From contig JBDRAN010000044.1 in the NCBI GenBank assembly GCA_043823745.1, positions 853 through 64,852 on the forward strand: a stretch of DNA of 64,000 bases, written 5' to 3'. Below, in pieces: positions 1 through 7,889 of this stretch (within the stretch, counting starts at the first letter, position 1; each line of letters begins with the position of its first letter). This DNA is from Candidatus Omnitrophota bacterium (GTDB taxonomy: Bacteria; Omnitrophota; Gorgyraeia; Duberdicusellales; 4484-171). The notes beneath the pieces are model-generated. The model saw only the letters and a program-made list of their open reading frames with translations, made no database searches and was not told where the DNA came from. The position numbers were made by a program, and so were the translations under genes.

Positions 1-16
1 AAAGGCAGAAGCATAT

Positions 17-817
17 TTGAAAGATGATGTTAATAATTTATTAGCATTTACTGATTTTGCTTGCATGGAAGCACTGAAGGGTGGCGTTTTATCTAATATT
101 AGAAATTCTTTGGAAATAGTTGCAAAATATGCCAACCAAATTCTAATACTGAAATGTTTACCTGAAATTATGAAAGTTGATTACAATTTAGAGAATTTTA
201 AAGAGACGTTTATCGATGCAGATCAAACCTTAACTTTTCCAAAATTCTGTATTAAAATCGTTAAGTCGAATGGCTCTGATTCCGAGTTCGAAAAAGACTT
301 ATTAAAAAGAAGCCAAGAGGCAACAGAATGCTTAGATGAAAAAAGAAAAGGAGCCGCTTTAGTATTTGAAGGTATAGCAGCTTTTAACCAACAAATGGAT
401 CAAAAATATTTGAAATATGTTCGTTCAGGTAAAAAATGGACGATAAACGAATATCAGTATGCCTGCGTCCAAATACTAAAAATGTGCGAAATATTATTTG
501 AAAAGAATATTAACAATACCAAAATGCCGGAAAAGGAAAATTTTATAAATCATTACATATTTCGTTACACCTTATCAGGCTATTTACTTGTTTTAAAATG
601 GTTAAAAGACCATGGATGGGAAAGTTATCCAGATGAGAAAAAGAGAAATGACATCATCGATATGTCTTATGTTACTTTTGCCACGTATTTTGATGGCGTA
701 TTGTCAAATGATAAAAAAATAAATTCAATTTATCCAAAGGTCATAAAGTTCATAGAATTTATAAAAAATAATGCGTCTAACAATTCACTCCAGCGGACTG
801 TGCCAGCCATCCGTTAG
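17..817 (+). CDS. Hypothetical protein in AT-rich island. The reading frame is open to the window start and TTG is the first in-frame start, so the gene is probably 5'-partial.
   Basis: 266-aa ORF with no recognisable motif. Very AT-rich codon usage differs from the rest of the window. The frame has no stop back to position 2. Confidence 0.4.
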   Translation: MKDDVNNLLAFTDFACMEALKGGVLSNIRNSLEIVAKYANQILILKCLPEIMKVDYNLENFKETFIDADQTLTFPKFCIKIVKSNGSDSEFEKDLLKRSQEATECLDEKRKGAALVFEGIAAFNQQMDQKYLKYVRSGKKWTINEYQYACVQILKMCEILFEKNINNTKMPEKENFINHYIFRYTLSGYLLVLKWLKDHGWESYPDEKKRNDIIDMSYVTFATYFDGVLSNDKKINSIYPKVIKFIEFIKNNASNNSLQRTVPAIR

Positions 818-869
818 CGCAAGGCACAGCCGCTGAGTTCAAACGTTAGATTAGAAAAAAGGAGAAAAG

Positions 870-1295
870 ATGGATTTTACAAATCTCCCTCCATCAACGC
901 TTATAATTGGAGAGGCATTTTCATTTCTATTGATATTTAGTCGTGCCCTTCTATCCAGTCTATTATTTTCAATACCAATAGTCATTTTTCTTTTGCTTTT
1001 TAAAAAAACTCGCAATTTCAAAGCTGCTTTTATTGTTTTCTATACAGTTATCGGCTACAAAGCAGTAGAATCAATAGTCGGTGGCCATTTTTTGAATTTA
1101 ATTGAAGTGGGACATTCACCACTGAATGCTAGAATTAGCGCCTTCTTTATACTTATTTTTCTTACATCACTATTTTTAGCCATGTCATTGACGGTTTTTT
1201 ATTTCCTCAACAAACAAAAACCATGGAAATATATATTACTCATCGTTCCTTGTTTAATTGTCTATACCGCAACTTGTTTACAGAATCCTCACTAA
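870..1295 (+). CDS. Small hypothetical polytopic membrane protein.
   Basis: 141 aa, predicted 3-4 hydrophobic helices. A strong RBS (aaggag) lies 8 nt upstream of the ATG. Confidence 0.45.
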   Translation: MDFTNLPPSTLIIGEAFSFLLIFSRALLSSLLFSIPIVIFLLLFKKTRNFKAAFIVFYTVIGYKAVESIVGGHFLNLIEVGHSPLNARISAFFILIFLTSLFLAMSLTVFYFLNKQKPWKYILLIVPCLIVYTATCLQNPH

Positions 1296-1310
1296 AGATA
1301 GGGGGGTCTT

Positions 1311-1622
1311 ATGGAATCAAATCCTGCTACAATTATAAAGAATGCTGTGGAAGATTTGTCAAAGAAGATCGAGTTTACTGCAGGAGAGATTGCTACTTTT
1401 AAAGAAGCTTTGTGTGGTATTGGAGAAAAAATGAATGATTCAAGTAATAAATTATTACGGGCTTCAAAATTTTATTTTTGGGGCAGTTTAATTCTTACAA
1501 CCGTAATTGCTTTTGCTATTTTGGTTCAGGCAAAAATAATTAATCTTGAAAAGACAATAAAAAACAAAAATCTAACAAAGCGTTTCCGCTTTTCGAACGC
1601 TTTGTTCGCCTCTTCATCCTGA
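1311..1622 (+). CDS. Small hypothetical protein with one TM helix. Its 3' end runs into the structured GC-rich element.
   Basis: 103 aa with a central hydrophobic helix. The last ~15 codons translate palindromic GC-rich sequence, so the true stop is uncertain. Confidence 0.3.
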   Translation: MESNPATIIKNAVEDLSKKIEFTAGEIATFKEALCGIGEKMNDSSNKLLRASKFYFWGSLILTTVIAFAILVQAKIINLEKTIKNKNLTKRFRFSNALFASSS

Positions 1623-1800
1623 AGGGGAATACTCATAGATGCGTAAGCGAAGAGGCGCTATAGGGGGCGCGCGAACAAATCGTTCGAGCGGAATTGTGCG
1701 TTTAAGGTAGATGCGAGCAAAGCTCGCAGACCTAAGATAAGATTAGGGTAGGTAAGCTCGCTTTACTCGCTTACCTTAATATTCCGCACAATCCGCTCAA
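1577..1800. other. GC-rich multi-hairpin structured element inside the AT-rich island. It could be a MITE/REP-like element or a structured ncRNA.
   Basis: Nested inverted repeats read directly: 1578-1585/1596-1603 (aaagcgtt/aacgcttt), 1601-1609/1671-1679, 1607-1615/1649-1657, 1713-1727 (gcgagc aaa gctcgc), 1750-1757/1769-1776 (aggtaagc/gcttacct), and a long-range pair 1686-1700/1785-1798 (gagcggaattgtgcg/cgcacaatccgctc). Confidence 0.45.
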
Positions 1801-1830
1801 CTCTGCGTTATAAGCAAAAAATAATATTAA

Positions 1831-2121
1831 ATGTTTAATTTCCTGAAAAAGAATAAGAAAATTAGGATCCACACAGATATTACTGCTATTAATCCGTCTG
1901 GAAAAGATACTGTAGAAAATACTAAAATTGAATATTGCTGCAGCAGATTTAAAGAAGCTGTTCAGAATGATGAGATTTGCTTTTCATATTCTAATACAAA
2001 TAAAATAGATGAGACAGCATGGGCTATCGATAAATTATGGCATATTTACTATTGCCCTTTTTGTGGTAAATTTATAAAAGGAGAAGGATTCGGAGATTTT
2101 GATAAGATAAATAATAAATAA
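1831..2121 (+). CDS. Small zinc-ribbon-like hypothetical protein.
   Basis: 96 aa with two Cys pairs (CC...CPFCG). It is followed by hairpin 2144-2177 plus a T-run, i.e. a terminator. Confidence 0.4.
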   Translation: MFNFLKKNKKIRIHTDITAINPSGKDTVENTKIEYCCSRFKEAVQNDEICFSYSNTNKIDETAWAIDKLWHIYYCPFCGKFIKGEGFGDFDKINNK

Positions 2122-2143
2122 AATCGCTTATAACAAAGCAATC

Positions 2144-2186
2144 CAGCGGACCGTAAAGCTGCGCTTTCCGGCCGCTGATTTTTGTG
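2144..2186 (+). terminator. Intrinsic terminator-like hairpin (cagcggaccg...cggccgctg) followed by ATTTTTG.
   Basis: A 9-10 bp stem with an inner aaagc/gcttt stem, followed by a T-run, lies immediately 3' of the 1831..2121 ORF. Confidence 0.5.
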
Positions 2187-2201
2187 TTATAAAGAGAAAA
2201 A

Positions 2202-2714
2202 ATGAAAAAAATAATTTTTACCGCAATATGCTTATTGCTGAGTACGGGAAATGTGTTTGGCCAGATTCAAGAAGAACCGAAATATAAACTAAACCCCAGC
2301 GTAGATAAAGAATCTCCCGCCGGCATTTATATTCCAAAAGATTTAGAAGACTGTTTTAAAGAACTAAGAACCATGCTTGCCCCGGCTTTAATTGAAGAAA
2401 TGAAATCGGGAACAGAAAGCGACATGAACAAATACCATCGCAGCCTGGGAATGTGGTTAAGAAATAACTGGGGCTTATGGTCGGACTCGAGATTAAAGAA
2501 ATATTTCAATGATATAGGAATCCATCATCCTGATGATATGTCCGGCATTATTCTTACCTCATTCTGGCGGCATCTCAACAATAAACCGATACAGCTTCAG
2601 GACCAAATATCCTATTACCGACAATACTGGAAAGATATGGAGACAGACAAAGAAAAAAATCACAAAGCGGAAACGCCGACACAAGAATCGCGAGTAACCC
2701 AGGAGGGGCAATGA
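2202..2714 (+). CDS. Secreted hypothetical protein with an N-terminal signal peptide.
   Basis: N-terminus MKKIIFTAICLLLSTGNVFGQ is typical of a Sec signal. Its end overlaps the next gene by 4 nt (ATGA). Confidence 0.55.
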   Translation: MKKIIFTAICLLLSTGNVFGQIQEEPKYKLNPSVDKESPAGIYIPKDLEDCFKELRTMLAPALIEEMKSGTESDMNKYHRSLGMWLRNNWGLWSDSRLKKYFNDIGIHHPDDMSGIILTSFWRHLNNKPIQLQDQISYYRQYWKDMETDKEKNHKAETPTQESRVTQEGQ

Positions 2715-3097
2715 AAAAATTGATAGCAGTGGCGATACTTGCGCTATTGGCTAGTACGGTAAAAGCAGCGATATACAATCAAGAGATAACAGAGACGGCA
2801 AAAGTTACCTTCTCTTTAAATAAAGAAGGCACATTACAAGCGCTGGTTATCAAACATATTGAAGAAGGCTCGTATCCAAAAAGCGGATGGGTTAATTGCG
2901 CGGTGCAAAATGCGGAAATCGAAAAAAAATACGTGGCCCAGTTAAAAGGTAAAGCTCAAATAGAAGATTATTTTACCGTTACCTATATTATTACCGAGCA
3001 GAATAAACAAAGCCAGATTTTAAGTTACGAAGGAATCGTACTCCAGCTAGAGCCCTGGTCTCCGGTTTTTTTACATAAGGGCTCAGCCGAGCAATAA
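2711..3097 (+). CDS. Secreted hypothetical protein with a signal peptide.
   Basis: N-terminus MKKLIAVAILALLASTVKA. Its start is translationally coupled to the upstream ORF. Confidence 0.55.
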   Translation: MKKLIAVAILALLASTVKAAIYNQEITETAKVTFSLNKEGTLQALVIKHIEEGSYPKSGWVNCAVQNAEIEKKYVAQLKGKAQIEDYFTVTYIITEQNKQSQILSYEGIVLQLEPWSPVFLHKGSAEQ

Positions 3098-3247
3098 AGC
3101 CTTCCCTTGATCAAGCGTCATGCGCCAGATCGATGCTCCGCAAGCAGAGATCGATTATTGCGCGAGCCTTGACGGCACCCATTATGATGTGAATAAGGAT
3201 GGGGGAAATGATGCCGGGGATTATACTCTTCGTAACTGGTAGGTTAG

Positions 3248-3281
3248 CCAAGAAACGCATTTTTCAAATGCATTTCTTGGG
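3248..3281. terminator. Bidirectional terminator-like hairpin between convergent genes.
   Basis: ccaagaaacgcattt / aaatgcatttcttgg forms a 15-bp stem with one G·U pair and loop ttca. It sits immediately 3' of the era stop (3286-3288, minus strand). Confidence 0.45.
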
Positions 3282-3285
3282 TTAT

Positions 3286-4200
3286 TTAGGTGAGCCAGTA
3301 ACCGAGCTCTTGCAGGATGCGAGGTTTGTTTTGCCAATCACTCATAACTTCAACCCAGATATCAAGATAGACTTTTCTTCCGATGATCTTTTCGATACGC
3401 GGCCGAGCCCGCGAACCAATCTCTTTTAAAATAGCGCCTTTGGTGCCCACGATTATTTTCTTCTGAGAAGTCCTGTTAACATACACCACCACCTTGATGT
3501 AGGTAAGCGCTTTTTTCTCCCGTATCTCTTCAACCTCAACCGCCAATGAGTGCGGAAGTTCTTTGCTTAAATGCGTGAATAACTGCTCGCGTACCGCGTC
3601 AGCCACGCGAAACTTAAGCGGAAAATCGGTTGTTGTTTGGGCATCATAAAACGCGGGATTTTCGGGCAAATGCGCAAGGATTACTTTGGTTAGCTCATCA
3701 ACATTTTTTCCCGACTTTGCACAAGTCGGAAGATACGCAACCAAAAGATCTTCAGCAACCCCTTTTTGCGCCAGTAGACTTTTCCAGGCGCTGATATAAT
3801 CAGGCAAGAACTTCCCGCCTAAGTCCATTTTATTAAGCACCATAATAACCTTAATACTCTGGGAACTGAGGAAATTCATCACATCCTGCTCTTCCCGGCC
3901 CAGGCACCGGGAAACATCAGCGACATATAAGAGCAGATCGCAACCATCGACTGATTGTTTTGCAATGGTGTTAAGATGTATGGTCAGGCTATCGCGAAAC
4001 GAGTGAATTCCCGGCGTATCCACAAAAACAATTTGCCCCTCCTCGACGTTAAGAATTCCTTTTATCTGATGACGCGTGGTTTGCGGGATAGCTGAAATGA
4101 TACTTATCCGCGAACCGACAAAGGCGTTTAAGAGCGTCGATTTACCAACATTAGGCCGACCGATAATACCGACAAACCCTGATTTGAATTTTTTTTCCAT
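3286..4200 (-). CDS. era: GTPase Era.
   Basis: G1 motif GIIGRPNVGKSTL, G3 DTPG, NKxD-like NKMD, and a C-terminal KH domain. Length 304 aa. Confidence 0.9.
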   Translation of the reverse strand: MEKKFKSGFVGIIGRPNVGKSTLLNAFVGSRISIISAIPQTTRHQIKGILNVEEGQIVFVDTPGIHSFRDSLTIHLNTIAKQSVDGCDLLLYVADVSRCLGREEQDVMNFLSSQSIKVIMVLNKMDLGGKFLPDYISAWKSLLAQKGVAEDLLVAYLPTCAKSGKNVDELTKVILAHLPENPAFYDAQTTTDFPLKFRVADAVREQLFTHLSKELPHSLAVEVEEIREKKALTYIKVVVYVNRTSQKKIIVGTKGAILKEIGSRARPRIEKIIGRKVYLDIWVEVMSDWQNKPRILQELGYWLT

Positions 4201-4345
4201 TGTTAAAACGCGAATTGCCGCGAATTTATAAACGCTAATTTTCGCGAATATAAAAACATGATTCTATCGTCCCTCGTCCCAGCGAAGCGGTCGTCCTTCA
4301 TCCCTAGTTTCTCAATCTGCAATCTGCTATCTATGCCTCAAACAC

Positions 4346-5479
4346 TTATCGGCCACCCACGTAAGCGTCAAGCTGCTGCACATAATCAATCAGCACATCG
4401 ACTCCTTTATGGAGATTACTCACCTTAACACTCTCGTTTTTAGTGTGGGCGTTACCCTTTGAACCAAAACCAAACGCAAAACTCTCGATGCCTTGTGCCT
4501 CAAGAAAGTTAATCACGGTAGCGCCAAAGCTAGGGCTCAACGCAGAACGGATACGATGCCGGCGTAAGACTTCCCGCAATATCTTTATGGAGGGACTCTT
4601 GGTATCAATCTCTATCGGCTCCTGATGCGCGAGCACGGTAACGCGATACCGTATCTTCTGTTTACGGATCGCCTTTTCAATACGCGTGACAATCGAGTTC
4701 TGCGTCATTGATGGCAGATACCGGATATCTAATTCAAAAAAACAATAACCGGCAACGATATTGACCTTATCGCCTCCCACAAAACGGCCGACATTAATCG
4801 TTGGTTTCTTTAAAAGCGGATGTCTGAGGTAGGAAAATTTTCTATCGAGGATTTCTGTAATAATCGAGACAGCTCGCTCGACCGCGTTCACCCCCCGCTC
4901 CGGATACGCGCCGTGCGCTTCTTTGCCAAAGAGCTCAACACGCAGATGCAGCAGGCCCTTCTGAGCAACAATAATATTAAAATCATCGGCATCGAGGACT
5001 ACCCCGTAATCAATACCGCGTAGCTTCTGCGCAAGAGGTATGATGCCCCCGTAACTTCCCGTTTCCTCATCAGCTGAGAATGCAAAGACCAGATCGAGAT
5101 TACGCAAACGAATATTTTTTTCCCGCAATGAACGGATAAGCGCGAGGCTTACCGCAACATTCGCCTTACAGTCAGTCGCTCCCCGGCCATAAATCCTACC
5201 GGCAAAACGCGTCCCGGAAAGCGCCCCAAAACGCCACCGACCTGTTACCGGTACCGTATCGACATGCGGCGTAAAAATAATGGAACGCTTCCGGTGTAAC
5301 GAAGGTATGGTGCATACGAGGTTCGGCCGGCCGGATTTAAATTCGTAAATCTTCGAAACGATACCATAGCGCACAAGGTAGGTTTTGATGAACTCAATAA
5401 TCGCGGTTTCGTTCCCCGGCGGATTTTGAGAATCAATTCGCACGAGTGACTGCAATAGCCGCGTCACTTCTTCCTTCAT
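4346..5479 (-). CDS. M20 family metallopeptidase (ArgE/DapE-like deacylase).
   Basis: HVDTVP, GRGATDCKANVA and ADEETG metal-ligand motifs are typical of M20 ArgE/DapE enzymes. Confidence 0.8.
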   Translation of the reverse strand: MKEEVTRLLQSLVRIDSQNPPGNETAIIEFIKTYLVRYGIVSKIYEFKSGRPNLVCTIPSLHRKRSIIFTPHVDTVPVTGRWRFGALSGTRFAGRIYGRGATDCKANVAVSLALIRSLREKNIRLRNLDLVFAFSADEETGSYGGIIPLAQKLRGIDYGVVLDADDFNIIVAQKGLLHLRVELFGKEAHGAYPERGVNAVERAVSIITEILDRKFSYLRHPLLKKPTINVGRFVGGDKVNIVAGYCFFELDIRYLPSMTQNSIVTRIEKAIRKQKIRYRVTVLAHQEPIEIDTKSPSIKILREVLRRHRIRSALSPSFGATVINFLEAQGIESFAFGFGSKGNAHTKNESVKVSNLHKGVDVLIDYVQQLDAYVGGR

Positions 5480-7466
5480 ATACCTCCTTCAGCGATACAT
5501 CTAAGTAGTCTGCCGTAAACGGATTATAACCAAAATATGCAATCAAAAAATAGGCGGTTGAGGCAAGTGAGCCTGTCGAATCACCATGAGGGGTACGCCA
5601 GCCATGCCCCGTATCAACGTCGGCACGTGAGGCATAGGGCAGGCACGGATCTTCTCTGCCGATACGTGAAGGGGACGTAATAAGCATTTTCTGCAGTTCG
5701 TTGGAATAAAAAACTGCCTGATCGAGATATTTACGATACTTAACCGGGTCATTGTCTTTATAGTAATCGGCCATAACCTCAAATGATAATATCATCTGCG
5801 CGGTCCATTCCCCTGATACGATACCGCCCCGTGCCATATTTTTGAATTTTGAAAAATCGAATCCGCGAATGGTCACGTCCCCTTCTTTACGCTTAAACGA
5901 TGTCTCTACTTCGCAGGACTGTATCGCAAAATCAAGAATTGTTTCCGGGTTCATCTTAAGCGAAGATAAAACGTCGGGGCCGAAGGTGCTTATTGACCAG
6001 GCATAGGTATCTGTCGCGATCGTCGCATCTCCCTTGCCGCGCTTAACCGGCGCCCCATAACTGGTGTAGGCGTACCGGGAAATCCAGTTTTTTAGCTTCT
6101 CGGCGGCCAGGCGATGCGCAGGGTCACCGTTGACTTGATAGTACAGCGTAAAGAATGCATAGGCATCAAGATTGTGTTCGGTTGAAAACCAAGCGTCGCC
6201 GGGACCGCCGCGTATACCACCTTCACTATCCATCATGCTGGTGAGGAAGGAGGCAACCTTCTGCGCTATTGCAAGGTACTGGCGGTCTCCGGTCTTTTTT
6301 GTGTAATTAAGCACCGCGATACCGATCCACGCGTTCGGGCCACTGTGGACTACCGCCTCGGCGGGTTCGCCATTTGAATAATACGCGTTATAAATACTCT
6401 CATGGCGGCCAGTTTGGGTAAGATAAAAATCAAATATCTGCGCTGCGGCGGGAGCATCATCCATAATAAGAAAAACCGTCGAAGCGAGTGCCTGATCGTA
6501 GGTAAAACAGACTTTATCCAGATTCCTATCTCCTTCAAAACTCATCACAAGGCCTCGCACAAGGTCACGGCGGTTCTGTATCCATTGATAGAGCCCCTGG
6601 ATAATCTTCTGAGAAAAACCGGCGCGCGAGCGCTTCAGGGTATGCACTTTCGCCTCGAGCGCCGCCGACGATGTAACCCGCTCCTGGAGACGCTTGTCAA
6701 AGAATACGCCTTCTTTTTTACGGCGGGCGAGCTCATCTTTAAGGCGCGCAATTTTTTCTTCAAGCTTTTTCGCGACTTCAGTATTATGCGCCGCCTCAAC
6801 AATCGCGTACTCCCGGGTCGCATTGGCGAGGTCCTCTTCGAGGTTTGCAATCGTCTGCGTGATTCCTTGGCGTCGGCGTTCGAACGTCTCGTCGCGGCCA
6901 CGTTCGGCCAACAATGTGTTTTCAAGGGACGACCCACTCTCAATAACGCCGACATAATCACTTACGAGTTTTCTGTTCTCTTGGATGAGCGCGCTTGTTT
7001 TTACGGTCAGAAAAATAGCGGCGAGCGCAAGCCCGGTGACAAGGAAAGCGGTGACTCGAGGAGCGTAGTACTTAAGGAGCGCGAAACGAAAAAGACTTTT
7101 CAGGGATCCGGCGTGTTCCTCGGTAAACTCAAGACCTATTTTATACTGGGTAAAGTCTTTGTTGGTAACTTGAGTGCGCCACGTAATGCGCCCTTTGACA
7201 AAATACGCCTTCCCCAGGCTAAGATTAATCTTAAGTTCTAAGATCCCGTTCGGCGTTGAGCACTTATCCCAGAAACCCCACCATAGGTCATTGATAACCA
7301 GACAAATTCCGCCGCGGCTTATATCCTGCGTAAAACCCTGCAACCAGGGAGTAATACGTTTTCCGGAGGTATCGGCAACAAAAAACTCGACCGGCAACAC
7401 GGTCGCTATTCTAATGTATCGTCTTTTTTCTTGTTGGCGCATAGCGTCAGCGGTATTATCGGGCAC
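5433..7466 (-). CDS. PilZ-domain protein with a TM segment, a coiled coil, and a C-terminal alpha/alpha-toroid (six-hairpin glycosidase-like) domain.
   Basis: The N-terminus RRYIRI...DISRGGICL matches PilZ RxxxR / DxSxGG motifs. A hydrophobic helix (TAFLVTGLALAAIFL) follows, then a long charged coiled-coil stretch. The ~350-aa C-terminus has features typical of a glycoside-hydrolase-like domain (STEHNLDAYAFF, GDPAHRLA). Confidence 0.6.
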   Translation of the reverse strand: MPDNTADAMRQQEKRRYIRIATVLPVEFFVADTSGKRITPWLQGFTQDISRGGICLVINDLWWGFWDKCSTPNGILELKINLSLGKAYFVKGRITWRTQVTNKDFTQYKIGLEFTEEHAGSLKSLFRFALLKYYAPRVTAFLVTGLALAAIFLTVKTSALIQENRKLVSDYVGVIESGSSLENTLLAERGRDETFERRRQGITQTIANLEEDLANATREYAIVEAAHNTEVAKKLEEKIARLKDELARRKKEGVFFDKRLQERVTSSAALEAKVHTLKRSRAGFSQKIIQGLYQWIQNRRDLVRGLVMSFEGDRNLDKVCFTYDQALASTVFLIMDDAPAAAQIFDFYLTQTGRHESIYNAYYSNGEPAEAVVHSGPNAWIGIAVLNYTKKTGDRQYLAIAQKVASFLTSMMDSEGGIRGGPGDAWFSTEHNLDAYAFFTLYYQVNGDPAHRLAAEKLKNWISRYAYTSYGAPVKRGKGDATIATDTYAWSISTFGPDVLSSLKMNPETILDFAIQSCEVETSFKRKEGDVTIRGFDFSKFKNMARGGIVSGEWTAQMILSFEVMADYYKDNDPVKYRKYLDQAVFYSNELQKMLITSPSRIGREDPCLPYASRADVDTGHGWRTPHGDSTGSLASTAYFLIAYFGYNPFTADYLDVSLKEVYEGRSDAAIAVTRAN

Positions 7467-7505
7467 GTTTGGAAGAAATCAACACTCCCGTAAATTATAC
7501 CTCAA

Positions 7506-7889
7506 TCAGCTCTTTTGAATACTCTTTATCTTAGCGAAAAAATTTTTGAAACTCGCGTGCTGGCGCACGTTTTCAAGATCAGGATCCTGAAGAATATACG
7601 AGAACTCGTCATACCCAAGCAATACCGCTTTTTTTAGCTGCGTATATGCCTCCTCCACTTCCCCGAGCAAGGAAAGGCTGCAGGAAAGATTATAATGAAT
7701 AATGGGGTCCTCCGGTTTGAGCTGAACGAGCCGGCGATCGACCGCGAGGCCTTCCTTATAAAAACCCTTGCTGGTATACGCATTACCCAAAGATACGAGC
7801 GCCTGGATAAAGTTAGGCCTTTCTTTAATCAAGCTCTCGTAAAATCTGATTTCAAGGTCTTTTCTCTTGGAAACTCTTTTCTTAGCCAT
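7506..7889 (-). CDS. TPR-repeat protein.
   Basis: 127 aa with 3 TPR-like repeats (ALVSLGNAY..., IHYNLSC...). Overlaps the upstream gene by 8 nt. Confidence 0.6.
   Translation of the reverse strand: MAKKRVSKRKDLEIRFYESLIKERPNFIQALVSLGNAYTSKGFYKEGLAVDRRLVQLKPEDPIIHYNLSCSLSLLGEVEEAYTQLKKAVLLGYDEFSYILQDPDLENVRQHASFKNFFAKIKSIQKS

Noticed and set aside
1660-1740. Possible tRNA (T-loop-like GTTCGAGC at ~1683-1690)
   Set aside because: I could not fold an acceptor, D or anticodon cloverleaf around it. The region is better explained by nested inverted repeats.
6402-7241. 279-aa plus-strand ORF
   Set aside because: It lies antisense to the well-supported PilZ/glycosidase-like gene. Its translation is Arg-rich and low-complexity, as expected for a GC-rich antisense frame.
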